A DNA stretch of 43,576 nucleotides from Oscillospiraceae bacterium. Its GTDB lineage: Bacteria; Bacillota; Clostridia; Oscillospirales; Ruminococcaceae. Made by a program: the position numbers and the translations under genes. Shown here piece by piece: positions 1-9,742 of this stretch. Each line of letters starts with the position of its first letter. Positions within the stretch are counted from its first letter, which is position 1. The DNA is taken from contig WRME01000001.1 in assembly GCA_009777275.1 (NCBI GenBank), positions 1-43,576 on the forward strand, given 5' to 3'. The notes under the pieces were generated by a model that had not been told where the DNA came from, made no database searches, and worked only from the letters and a program-made list of their open reading frames with translations.

Positions 1-206
1 TTGCGGATTTTTTCCCCCCCCCCCCCGGGGGGTAATTGAAATTTTATAGTATGCAGCCCCCTATCCCCCTCGGGGGGGGGGTGCCGCCGCAGCGGCGGGG
101 TGGTCGGTAGGGATGACCGCCCTCGGTCATCCGTGGTTATCGCAAGGGCGGGTGTTTTTCTCTTGGTGCCCTCGCAGCGGCGGGTGTTTTTCCCGTAACT
201 GTCATT
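1..206. repeat. Mosaic repeat locus 1 (window start), an inverted copy of the composite at 27078-27212 and 43416-43545
   Basis: The reverse complement of 1-104 aligns with accaccccgccgctgcggcggcacccc...catactataa... seen at 27078 and 43416. H4(rc) at 81-104. GTAG-GGATGACC-gccctc-GGTCATCC-GTGGTTAT (H3) at 108-140. H4-type arms ending GGGTGTTTTT at 141-160 and 166-190. C13 (14-26) and G10 (72-81) homopolymers. Confidence 0.8.
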
Positions 207-246
207 ATGCACAAAAATCTCCTCAATTTTTCTGTCATTCTGCATA

Positions 247-273
247 TTGAATTTCTCGAAATTTTGTTATAAT
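247..273 (+). promoter_or_regulatory. Candidate sigma-A promoter of the giant gene (extended -10)
   Basis: TGTTATAAT (TGnTATAAT) at 265-273. TTGAAT at 247-252 with a short 15-nt spacer. ~60 nt upstream of the start codon. Confidence 0.35.
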
Positions 274-335
274 ATATAGTGAGTTAGATTTTTTCTGTTA
301 GGCTCATTTTTTTATTTTATTTGGAGGTGGCTTTA

Positions 336-3300
336 ATGCTGAAAACAAAAAGCAAAAAGTACATGAGGAGGGTGGTCTCTTGGCTTGTAACGCTCGCTAT
401 GATCGCAGGGAATTTTACATACTTTGCGGGTCTTGCTGCGTTTGTTTTACACGGAGACGACCTTGACGGAAGGAGACCCGTTGTGGTGTCGGCCTTCCCC
501 GGAGGAACGAGAACCGATGGTCACGTTTTTTTCGAGTCGGGAAGTGCTTCCCCGAGGGGAGATTTGACAGACAACAAATATGACCCGGATTATCTTTTCT
601 TTGAGTATCAAATTGACCTAAATTGGAGCAGCTCGATCACTGATTCTGACGAAACGGTGCTTGCTACGATAAACAACAGCACCAACGGTGCGGCATACTT
701 CAGAGATACGACCTTTGATGGAGATAGAGACAACAGATACGCTCCGAATTGGGATTATTTCAAGCAAGCTCAAGGTCCTTTGGTCAAAGGAATCAATAGG
801 ATTTCTATACCCATGACCAATTTAATGGACGGCACACTGGGCGGAGAAAAGGATGCTATCGATTGGAGCGACTTAGACAAATTCCTGCTCACCTATTATG
901 TCGGTGACCATTATACAACCGGAGTTACATTCATCTTCTCGGGTATACGGGTTGTGTATTATACCGATGAGGAGGAGGGGGATGGTTCCGATGCTACTAT
1001 GGCTCCGATAGCCGACTGGATCGGCAGCACTCCTCTTGTTAGAACTAACGTAGGTACTTGGGAGTGGGGCGAAAGAACAAGGCTTTTCGGAAACGGCGAT
1101 GCTACAACAATAGATTCTTCCAAGATCTTTTGGAACATAGAGTTTGACCACAAGGTTACAAAAGACGGTCAAGAACTCACACAAGCCGAATATGATGCTA
1201 TTACCGGGCAAAAGCTAAGATTGCATATGGGCTTCAGGGATGGTGATTCTCCGGAAAAGCGGTATACCCTGCATAGCTTTGGTAATGATTTGTACAATGT
1301 CGGAAAAAATACCATCAGCATTCCGCTCGAACAAATTATCAAAACACAGTGGACTAATGTCAATGCCAACATCCCTCATGTGCCGATAATCTTCAACGGC
1401 ACCTCAACAACCGATTATACTCGTGAAACTACTACCGGAGACAATCAAAACCGAGTTTTCAACTGGGGTAATATACGAGAGACCCGCTTTCAGGTGCAGA
1501 ATCTCACCCCCGATGCCGAGACCTTGCTTACATTATATCGGAATGGCGTTTTCTACATAGCGGACGAGGGTAAGGCGGCTCTGAGAGAGCTTGTCAAAAC
1601 AGCCGAGACCATGATAGACCCCGACTACGCCGATGGCGTTGCTTTGTCGGCTTTGGCAACGGCATGGGATCTGCTTGCGGCAGATCTGCCCTATCAGATC
1701 GATGTCGATGCGGCATATGCTACGCTCAGCGATATTATCGACAACTTCAACACAACGGTCATTACCGTTGATGATTTTGTGGGCGGCAAGAATCTTTCCG
1801 CTTCCTTTGATTTTCGCCCCGGAACAACTATATCAAGCCAAGGCGGAAACATACAGTTTTTCAATTGGGTTGTAGACAGATACGCACCAAACGGCGACAG
1901 AACCAATAAAGTTGGAGGAACAGGAAACGCAGGTAATAAGGATCTATATCCCGACCGCTCCAAACTCTTTTACGAGATTGAGTTTGATCTCGGGGTAACC
2001 AACCCGCTCGCAATCGCAAGCGGAGCTTATAACAATTTTACCGGAGATACCCCTCCGGCTAACTATGCGGCAAATGCTGAAGACAGAAAATACTTAACAA
2101 CACAAGAGTTTCAGGCAATTCCAAACTTTAACATAATCAGATGGTATATGGAAGCTAATAGATTAGAACCCGATACGGGCGGACGTGATATTGCTTTCGA
2201 CCTTAACAGGGGCGGAACAATGCCTATTGTTATCGGCAAAAACTCCCTAAGCATGCCGATTCAGAGTGCTATAGACAGAGATGTGTGGACAGGGAATATG
2301 TTCGACCCCCGTCTGCCCATGACAGTCAACGGTCAGACCGATACAAACTCATGGAGTTATTGGAACAACGGAGCACCTGGCAATGATGATAACGGAAATA
2401 GAAGATACAACTGGAACAGCCTAAGTTTGTTCAGGGTTGAAATATTCGCAAACCGTGATGATGCCTACACGGGAGACAGAAATCATTTTATGAGAGGCAG
2501 GATAGTCGATTTCGCAGTAACCAGACTGGGCTTATACTACTATGACGTCAACGGTAAGGACGAACTCCGTAATATGGTAGAAACTGCCGAGAGCGTTATG
2601 CAGGGCGGTGTCTCTACAGCTTACTGGTTGGAGTTTAAATTAGCATTGCATACTGCAAAAACTCTGCTTGGTGCAGTCAATCCCTCACATGACGATGTTG
2701 ATGCGGCAATGGAAGCACTTGAGACGGCCATGAATGATATTGATTCACCCAGTACCGTACAGCTCGAGTGGGGCAGAATCGCCGGAGACGGCACTGGCGG
2801 AACACCTCCGACCAATATAGCGGAAGACAAAATGAGCTTTACCCACAGAGTACCCGGCAGTAACGTAGGCGGCTCATTGTACATGGGTGTTGACAACGGT
2901 AACGGCGAGGGAACTTCTTTCGACGCAACCGGATACAAATATGTATATGTAGACATAATCAAGAAGAACAGAGTACCTACCGAGGGTATATCCGAGGGAT
3001 TCAACGGACTTCATTTACAGCATAACAATGCGGGCATTCCGTTGCCGGAAGCAACGATAAACTCGAGTAATTATGCCGGAACAGACCCGAAAACGGCATT
3101 GTCGTGGCAGGCAGAACTCGGCTCTAAAAAGCCGAATGCCGCATTGGTGAGATTCACCGTGCCTGAGGACAAAGCCACCGACCTAAGGTTCAGGTTTGAT
3201 TTAGAGGGCGGAATGGGCGGTAACAACGCTGAGGCTCACGCCAACGAAGAAAACCAAACCATCAGAATAGGCGGCCTGTGGTTATCCAACGATCCTAACT

Positions 3301-6300
3301 TTGGTGCGGCGGAAGATCATGTTATGGAACTGTACCGTGCCGGAGGAGATAATGCCGGAAACTTCACAGATCTTGGTAACGGCGCATTCTCTATTACAGC
3401 CGGAGGCGGCGGTCATTGGTTCAGAGATAGAAATTCTAATATTCACCAGACAAACGATACCAACTGGTTTGAAATTTCCCGTTATAAATATCTCTACCTT
3501 GATGTTGAGCGTATGGCTCAGTTCCACAGAATGGTGCTAACGGCCGACAACGGCGCTCGTGGCTTTAACATAAGACCGAATGATAATAATCCTAGTAACA
3601 TACAGGGATTCGGACCGGGAACTTCGGGTGTTATTCGGCTTGATCTATCACACTGGAGATTCGAGTTCGGCAGAAACCATGATATGACAATATTCAGACA
3701 ATTAGGATTTGTCGTTGACGGATGGAGCGATGGTCCTCTGACAATCAGCGGTGCAAGGCTCTCGAATCAAGATTACACCTATTCTTCTACCTTCGAGGAA
3801 CCTACTATAACAAACTTTGTAGTAGGCGACAATTTTGCTGTTGACGGCTCAATGACCCTCACAAGTAAAACTATGGCACAGATTACTACAACTCTGCCAT
3901 ACCCGTCATGGGAGTATGTTTCTAATCTAAATCCTAATATAAAAATATTTAGATTAAATTATACCAATTCATTCCCTGCGGGTCATACAGGCATTAATGA
4001 AAACGGAATACGAATGAACTATCATAACGCTGTTATAGGCGGTAATTATGATTGGTCTACCGGAATCCCCGCAAACAATGGCGACTGGGGAAGTTTCAAC
4101 CGCAATTTCCCGTTCAGATTTGCCGATCAAGCGGCGGCGGATGCCTTTGCGTTACAGCTAAACAAAGCATATAATCCGAATTTTGACGATCTCGAAGTTG
4201 CTAATATTGTAAACTATAGTTTTACAGAAATCACAAATGCTAACGATTGGAACTCGGTAGAATGGGATAGAATGTTCAACATCTATAACGCACACGACAT
4301 AACAAGACCAAGGAGTTTTAACCGTACGCTATTTGAACAGGAAACAGGTCTTGTCTTCACTCGCGGCGTAAACGACAATAGCCCTGCGTGGGATGTGTAT
4401 TTCGCTAATTTGTTTGACGGAGTTCGCATAGCTCCTACTACCCAAACCATCCCCATACTCCCGGAGATGGCATCAGGGTACGACATGAACAAGCTGGGCG
4501 AGCAGACGGTTACGATCAGCTACAAGGGGCAGAGTTTCACCTATGACATATTTGTGGGCGGACCGGATCTCTCGCTCGACAAGAGCAGCGGATCATGGGA
4601 TCTCGTGTATGGCTATGACAATGCCGACGGGCTTGATGTAACGGTGTCAAACACAGGCACGCTGAAACTTGACGACATCGAGGTTACCATCGACAAGGAT
4701 GATGCGTTCGAGCTGAATCTCGACAACCTCAAAGACCTTGACCCGGAGGAAGACTTCACATTCACAGTAGCTCCCAAAGACGGACTTGCGGCAGGAACAT
4801 ACACCGCAACCGTGACGGTTACAGTCGGTGATATAGAAAAGACCGTGACCCTAACCATAAACGTAGACAAAGCCAACGGTGCCGCCGTTAAAGAACCGTA
4901 CCTGTTGGAGGCGACCGATACCGCCATCAAGGTAAGGTTAGAATTTGACGGCACCGCAAACGATGAGCAGATCATCGAATCTGCCATCAGCACAAGCGAC
5001 AGTCTCGATGACATAATCGGCGACTGGAACACTACAGGCGAGTTTAGCGGCCTGAGCGAATACACCGAGTATTATGTCTTCGCAAGGTCTAAGGAATCTG
5101 CTAATTACCTTGAGGGAACGGCGGTAATGAGAGACCGCGCGATTAGGACACAAGACGTAACAGCTCCATACGGTGATATACTCGTCAAGGACAGAAGTAT
5201 TTTGGCAACCCTAATCAGCAAGCTGACATTCGGGTACTTCTTCAGGGACGAGACAACCGTCACAATCACGGGCGGCGACGCTCACTCAGGATTGGCCGCA
5301 ATAGAATACTTCCTGTCCGACACCTACTACGACTTAGATAAAGAGGAAGACTATTTAGAGATTCTCGGCGTAGATTGGGTAACAGGCTGGACAGCAAGCA
5401 GCGGATCTCCCAATAACGGAGTTAAGGTTGACAAAACACCGCAGTGGAAAGGCTGGATCTATGCACAGTTCAGAGATTCGGCGGGTAACGATAAAATAAT
5501 CATGTCGGGGGCTTTGGTTATCTTTGAAGACAACGCAGATGAGGTTGACGGCGGAATCTTTATCAAGAACCTGCTCGAAGACTTTGTTGTAGATGTAGAG
5601 TCCAACGGCAACACGATACTCTCAATCTCGTTTGACACGGGTAGCGGTATCGTAGGATTGACCGAAGACGACTATAGCTACAGCGATGACAAGATAACAT
5701 TCAAGAGCGATTTCCTGCGGACATTACCCGCAAGCAACGATCCCTATGCCTTCTTTGTACAGTGGAATCCGATGGGCGAGAAATATGTTGGCTCCGAGAT
5801 TAACGATGATGCTCCGGGCAGAACCGATGTCAAGATTACGGTAAGCAAAGCGGAGCAGGAGGCGCTCGGATTATCGGGACTTAGCGTAAACAAGGTTGCA
5901 TACGGCACCGACCCGATCGCAATCGAGGCGACAGGCGGCGGCGGAGAGACCAACACATTCGAGATAACCACCGATGCAATCATAACGCTGGATAACAACG
6001 ACAACGTAGCAAGCTATGACAGTGCTACAGGTCTTCTCTCTTTCCTGGGGACAGGAACATTCAACATAGTTGTAAACCAAGATGGCGATGATGTCTACAA
6101 CGATGCTAATGAGTTTGTTTATTCGGTAACAGTAGACCAAGGCATACCGTCTATACGGCTTGCCGCAGAAAGATCGCTTACTGACATAAACGACAAAGAT
6201 GTCATACTAACCGCAACCGTTTCCGGAGCAGGATCTACCCCGACCGGAACTGTGAGTTTCTTCAGCAAAGAACACACGGGTACAGGAGATTATGCTCTCA

Positions 6301-9185
6301 TAGGAGATGCTGTAGACCTTGCAGACGGAGTTGCAGAATGTATCGTAACCGCACCGGACGGCCTGTGGGATTATATGGCAGTCTACAGCGGCGACAGCAA
6401 CTATGCTGATAAAAATGCCAACGGAGACCCGATCTCAGATGCAATACACGGATTCGATGTCAGCAGTGCTGACCAGACTATAGCATTTGGCACGGATTCA
6501 ATAGAATTACCATACGGCGTGGCTCCGCTCGGTCTCTTCTACACCGAAGGTGACGAAAACGGAGACGGTGAGGTAACACTCAGTCTGTCTTCCGGATCAC
6601 CGACAGGCGTAATCGAACTCTACCAAGACCAAGACGATGATGAGTGGCTGGCAAAAGTTCTCGGAGTAGGCCAAGTGGTTGTAGTAGCAGAAAAAGCGGC
6701 GACCCCGGGATTCAATGCCGCTACAGACGAAATTACCATCACGATAACACCGAGAGATCTCAATTTTGAGTTTGAAGATGAGTACGAAGTATCGGTAGAG
6801 TTTGACAAGACCTATTCCTACACAGGCGAGCGGATCATGCCCGAAATAGCCGACATCACAGTCACAGATGCGGAGACGAATGCGGTCATCACCGAGAACG
6901 ATTATGACATAACCGCATATGGTGCTAACATCAACGCAGGAAAAGGCAGCATAACCCTCACGGCAAAGGGCAACTACGAAGGCACGAGAGTGGTTGAGTT
7001 CGACATCGCAAAGGCGAAGGCAACTGCTATCGACTTCCCAACCGTTGATCCCATGGTATACAGCCCGACCCGCACGCTTGGCGACATTCCTCTTGTTGGC
7101 GGAAAGATTGTGTTCCTTCTTTCTTTAGACCCTGTAACGAATACCGATGCTAATGCGTATGGAGATTTTGCATGGTCAAATCCCGATGCTGTTCCGAATG
7201 CAGCGATTCATTCCCTGCCTGTATGGTTTGCACCTAACGATTTTGCTGATGGCAACGTGGACTTTAGCGAAATACAATTCTGGAATAATGGTATTAGTAA
7301 AGGTGTTAAACTGACTATAACCCAAGCAGAGGGAGCAAAGATCACCAACATCAACGATCTGCAGGCTAATGTCACCCACAACAAAATCGAGTTGACAAAC
7401 GTCAATGCCCTGTTGTCTGATAACGAAAACGCAGGATTCGAGTTTGCTATCAGCGATAAAGCAGACGAAACCGCTCAGGACTTAGAATCACTGTGGGATA
7501 CCAAGACGGTATTTGACGTAGAAAACGTAGACGAAAAGGCAACAAACTTCTACATCTATGTTCGTTCAGCAGAGAGCGGCAACTACTTTGCGGGAGAACA
7601 CAACGTCAAGATGTTCACAACCCTCGATGATCCCGCAAACAAGATAGAGCTTGATCAGACAGGCGAATGCGATTTCGGCACACGAAAATACGGATACGAT
7701 TATTCGTGGGCAACTGCCGTAAAAATAACCAACCTGGGCAATCAAGAGACAGGCGATCTAACCGTAGCTATAAAAGACACTACAAAAGATGGTGCGAACT
7801 TTGCAGGTAATGCTTTCATAGTCCTAGACGGAAACACAATTCCGAGTATAGATATAGATGGAAACGCAACCTTCGCAGTAAATCACGCAGTGCTTCTTGA
7901 ACCCGGCGTATACACGGCAACGGTAGTTGTGAGCAATGACTTGGTAGACCCGGTCAGCTTCACGGTTAAGTTCACCGTCACACTTGCAGACGGAGCAGCG
8001 GTAAGCGCTCCTGAATTGGTAAGCAAGACGGCAAACAGCATTACTGTAAAATCTGAGGCACTTGTCAATCCCGGCGAACAGGAGATCATCTATAGTATCA
8101 GCAAAAGTGCAAATCCCGGCGAAGTTTTCGACACAAACACCACGGGAGTATTCACCGGATTAGATAACTACACCGACTACTGGTTCTTTGCAATGACAGC
8201 GTCAAAGGGATTCTATGATGAGGGTATGCCATCAGCAAACCCGACAGCCATCAGGACCAATGACGGAGTTGCTCCTACAGGCTGGATAAGCGTGGCAGAA
8301 AGACCTGCGTTTGAGACCTTCATCAACACAATAACATTCGGAATATTCTTCAAGAATACAGCCTCTGTAACTGTAAAGGGTGAAGACGCCGATTCCGGAG
8401 TTAAGACCATCGAATACATCCTGCACGGCGACAGTTTTGACACAGTACAGGATGCTATAGACGGCATTGACAATGCTTGGACGGTAGGATACACAGCAAC
8501 CGCTATCGAAGAAGACGAAGCACAGGCAGTATTCAATATCACAGCGGCGCAAAAAGGCTCGGTATATGCCCGCATAACAGACCAGCAGGGCAACTATATC
8601 GTGATCAACTCAGACGGAATCGTGGTCTATAACGACAGCGAGGACGAGGTTGACGGCGGCATATACACCATCAGGGTTACCGGAACCCAAAGAGACCACA
8701 TAGTACCGATTGAGATGAATGACAATACCGTTGCCGCAATCGTGGATGAAGACGGAAAAGAACTCGTGGCAGGAACCGATTACACCGTGGATTACGCCAA
8801 CGAGACCATAACATTCTCAGGTGCATATCTCGCACCACTCGGTAACGAAGACGAGGAAGTAATAGCTATATTCACCGTCACATGGCTCCCGATGGGCGAA
8901 ACACCGACAACACCGTTAGCGGAACTCGGAACAACGACTGTCGCATTCCTGATCGTAAAGGCTAAGGCGCCCATGAAGGGCAACCCGACCGACGACGGCG
9001 AGATCTCTGTAAGCGATGTACTCTACACGAGAGACTTTATATTCAGAAGATCAGCCATAAACGCCCCTGATATTGATCCCGACACATATGCCATGATATT
9101 TGCCGCAATGGACATGAACGAAGACGGCGTAATCGACATCTTCGACCTGATCCGCATCAGAGATGCAATAGTCCGCGGAAGATAA
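336..9185 (+). CDS. Giant (2,949 aa) secreted/anchored multi-module surface protein with C-terminal dockerin
   Basis: Uninterrupted ORF 321-9185. GGAGGTG SD at 323-329 favours ATG 336. N-terminus MLKTKSKKYMRRVVSWLVTLAMIAG is a basic plus hydrophobic signal/anchor. C-terminus carries two Ca-loop-like segments, DDGEISVSDVLYTRD and DMNEDGVIDIFDLIRIRD (dockerin duplicated F-hand pattern). Ig-like (GTVSF...AVYSGDSNYAD) and MBG-like (NDYDITAYGANINAGKGSITLTAKGNYEGT) segments sit mid-protein. Large internal duplications. No catalytic motif recognised. Confidence 0.85.
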   Translation: MLKTKSKKYMRRVVSWLVTLAMIAGNFTYFAGLAAFVLHGDDLDGRRPVVVSAFPGGTRTDGHVFFESGSASPRGDLTDNKYDPDYLFFEYQIDLNWSSSITDSDETVLATINNSTNGAAYFRDTTFDGDRDNRYAPNWDYFKQAQGPLVKGINRISIPMTNLMDGTLGGEKDAIDWSDLDKFLLTYYVGDHYTTGVTFIFSGIRVVYYTDEEEGDGSDATMAPIADWIGSTPLVRTNVGTWEWGERTRLFGNGDATTIDSSKIFWNIEFDHKVTKDGQELTQAEYDAITGQKLRLHMGFRDGDSPEKRYTLHSFGNDLYNVGKNTISIPLEQIIKTQWTNVNANIPHVPIIFNGTSTTDYTRETTTGDNQNRVFNWGNIRETRFQVQNLTPDAETLLTLYRNGVFYIADEGKAALRELVKTAETMIDPDYADGVALSALATAWDLLAADLPYQIDVDAAYATLSDIIDNFNTTVITVDDFVGGKNLSASFDFRPGTTISSQGGNIQFFNWVVDRYAPNGDRTNKVGGTGNAGNKDLYPDRSKLFYEIEFDLGVTNPLAIASGAYNNFTGDTPPANYAANAEDRKYLTTQEFQAIPNFNIIRWYMEANRLEPDTGGRDIAFDLNRGGTMPIVIGKNSLSMPIQSAIDRDVWTGNMFDPRLPMTVNGQTDTNSWSYWNNGAPGNDDNGNRRYNWNSLSLFRVEIFANRDDAYTGDRNHFMRGRIVDFAVTRLGLYYYDVNGKDELRNMVETAESVMQGGVSTAYWLEFKLALHTAKTLLGAVNPSHDDVDAAMEALETAMNDIDSPSTVQLEWGRIAGDGTGGTPPTNIAEDKMSFTHRVPGSNVGGSLYMGVDNGNGEGTSFDATGYKYVYVDIIKKNRVPTEGISEGFNGLHLQHNNAGIPLPEATINSSNYAGTDPKTALSWQAELGSKKPNAALVRFTVPEDKATDLRFRFDLEGGMGGNNAEAHANEENQTIRIGGLWLSNDPNFGAAEDHVMELYRAGGDNAGNFTDLGNGAFSITAGGGGHWFRDRNSNIHQTNDTNWFEISRYKYLYLDVERMAQFHRMVLTADNGARGFNIRPNDNNPSNIQGFGPGTSGVIRLDLSHWRFEFGRNHDMTIFRQLGFVVDGWSDGPLTISGARLSNQDYTYSSTFEEPTITNFVVGDNFAVDGSMTLTSKTMAQITTTLPYPSWEYVSNLNPNIKIFRLNYTNSFPAGHTGINENGIRMNYHNAVIGGNYDWSTGIPANNGDWGSFNRNFPFRFADQAAADAFALQLNKAYNPNFDDLEVANIVNYSFTEITNANDWNSVEWDRMFNIYNAHDITRPRSFNRTLFEQETGLVFTRGVNDNSPAWDVYFANLFDGVRIAPTTQTIPILPEMASGYDMNKLGEQTVTISYKGQSFTYDIFVGGPDLSLDKSSGSWDLVYGYDNADGLDVTVSNTGTLKLDDIEVTIDKDDAFELNLDNLKDLDPEEDFTFTVAPKDGLAAGTYTATVTVTVGDIEKTVTLTINVDKANGAAVKEPYLLEATDTAIKVRLEFDGTANDEQIIESAISTSDSLDDIIGDWNTTGEFSGLSEYTEYYVFARSKESANYLEGTAVMRDRAIRTQDVTAPYGDILVKDRSILATLISKLTFGYFFRDETTVTITGGDAHSGLAAIEYFLSDTYYDLDKEEDYLEILGVDWVTGWTASSGSPNNGVKVDKTPQWKGWIYAQFRDSAGNDKIIMSGALVIFEDNADEVDGGIFIKNLLEDFVVDVESNGNTILSISFDTGSGIVGLTEDDYSYSDDKITFKSDFLRTLPASNDPYAFFVQWNPMGEKYVGSEINDDAPGRTDVKITVSKAEQEALGLSGLSVNKVAYGTDPIAIEATGGGGETNTFEITTDAIITLDNNDNVASYDSATGLLSFLGTGTFNIVVNQDGDDVYNDANEFVYSVTVDQGIPSIRLAAERSLTDINDKDVILTATVSGAGSTPTGTVSFFSKEHTGTGDYALIGDAVDLADGVAECIVTAPDGLWDYMAVYSGDSNYADKNANGDPISDAIHGFDVSSADQTIAFGTDSIELPYGVAPLGLFYTEGDENGDGEVTLSLSSGSPTGVIELYQDQDDDEWLAKVLGVGQVVVVAEKAATPGFNAATDEITITITPRDLNFEFEDEYEVSVEFDKTYSYTGERIMPEIADITVTDAETNAVITENDYDITAYGANINAGKGSITLTAKGNYEGTRVVEFDIAKAKATAIDFPTVDPMVYSPTRTLGDIPLVGGKIVFLLSLDPVTNTDANAYGDFAWSNPDAVPNAAIHSLPVWFAPNDFADGNVDFSEIQFWNNGISKGVKLTITQAEGAKITNINDLQANVTHNKIELTNVNALLSDNENAGFEFAISDKADETAQDLESLWDTKTVFDVENVDEKATNFYIYVRSAESGNYFAGEHNVKMFTTLDDPANKIELDQTGECDFGTRKYGYDYSWATAVKITNLGNQETGDLTVAIKDTTKDGANFAGNAFIVLDGNTIPSIDIDGNATFAVNHAVLLEPGVYTATVVVSNDLVDPVSFTVKFTVTLADGAAVSAPELVSKTANSITVKSEALVNPGEQEIIYSISKSANPGEVFDTNTTGVFTGLDNYTDYWFFAMTASKGFYDEGMPSANPTAIRTNDGVAPTGWISVAERPAFETFINTITFGIFFKNTASVTVKGEDADSGVKTIEYILHGDSFDTVQDAIDGIDNAWTVGYTATAIEEDEAQAVFNITAAQKGSVYARITDQQGNYIVINSDGIVVYNDSEDEVDGGIYTIRVTGTQRDHIVPIEMNDNTVAAIVDEDGKELVAGTDYTVDYANETITFSGAYLAPLGNEDEEVIAIFTVTWLPMGETPTTPLAELGTTTVAFLIVKAKAPMKGNPTDDGEISVSDVLYTRDFIFRRSAINAPDIDPDTYAMIFAAMDMNEDGVIDIFDLIRIRDAIVRGR

Positions 9186-9217
9186 TGGCGTAGGCAGGAA
9201 AACAAAACAAAGAGAAA

Positions 9218-9247
9218 AGAGCGGTCATAACGACCGCTCTTTTTTTT
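9218..9247 (+). terminator. Rho-independent terminator of the giant gene
   Basis: AGAGCGGTC (9218-9226), loop ataac, GACCGCTCT (9232-9240), then T7 (9241-9247). Confidence 0.8.
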
Positions 9248-9259
9248 GGCGTGCTACTT

Positions 9260-9483
9260 CCACGGTCACCGCATTTACTTTTTTGATAGTAATCCGCAAT
9301 AACAACGGATGACCGAGGGCGGTCATCCCTACAACCCTGTATTACGCCCTGAAACGCCCTCTCAGTCGGCGTTGCTGCCCTGTAGGGTATGCACCCCGTG
9401 CATACAGTCCTTAATAAACATTTCGTGTTTTTTGTGTATTTCGTGGTTGAAAAAGAATAAAAAAGTAAATGCGGTGACCGTGG
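9260..9483. mobile_element. MITE-like 224-bp composite bounded by perfect 25-bp terminal inverted repeats
   Basis: CCACGGTCACCGCATTTACTTTTTT (9260-9284) is the exact reverse complement of 9459-9483. Interior order: attgcgg(rc), H3(rc, 9308-9329), H9 (9351-9375), H1 (9381-9408), CACGAAA-type repeat (9420-9448). No coding capacity. Confidence 0.6.
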
Positions 9484-9485
9484 TC

Positions 9486-9671
9486 CTACTTCTCATTCTG
9501 ATTGACAAAATCCCTGGCTCTGTCGGCATCTTCCTGCCTGATTACGGGGATCAGTCTGTCCTTGTCACCCTGCATGGTAAACTGTGCAATGGGGTGCTGC
9601 TCCGCCTCGGGAATGACCGTCTTTGCGGGATTGATCTCGGTTTTGTTGCCTCTAACAGATTTTTTGCTCAT
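9486..9671 (-). CDS. Small hypothetical protein (61 aa), last gene of the activase operon
   Basis: ATG 9671 is preceded by GAAAGGA about 10 nt upstream. It lies 39 nt downstream of the activase stop on the same strand. Hydrophilic, no motif recognised. Confidence 0.45.
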   Translation of the reverse strand: MSKKSVRGNKTEINPAKTVIPEAEQHPIAQFTMQGDKDRLIPVIRQEDADRARDFVNQNEK

Positions 9672-9696
9672 AAATATTACATCCTTTCTCTATGGG

Positions 9697-9742
9697 AAAA
9701 ACACCCGCCGCTAAGAAAAAACACCCGCCGCTGCAGTAGGGG
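9697..9742. repeat. Two tandem H4 half-modules (AAAAACACCCGCCGCT x2) overlapping the activase 3' end
   Basis: Copies at 9697-9712 and 9716-9732, then gcagtagggg. They encode the last ~10 codons and follow the stop of the 9711-10676 CDS. Confidence 0.7.

Noticed and set aside
14-32. Homopolymer tracts as phase-variation switches: C13+G6 at 14-32, G10 at 72-81, G14 at 43493-43506 and G8 at 43540-43547
   Set aside because: They occur only in the two terminal copies of a composite whose internal copy (27078-27212) has ordinary sequence at the same positions. They are not in or near a start codon or promoter. Read-end or assembly artefact is the simpler explanation.
9254-9492. Possible target-site duplication CTACTT(C) flanking the 224-bp TIR element (9254-9259 and 9486-9491)
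   Set aside because: The right copy is offset by 2 nt from the TIR end and overlaps the stop codon of the 61-aa ORF. A 6-nt match at this spacing is not significant on its own.
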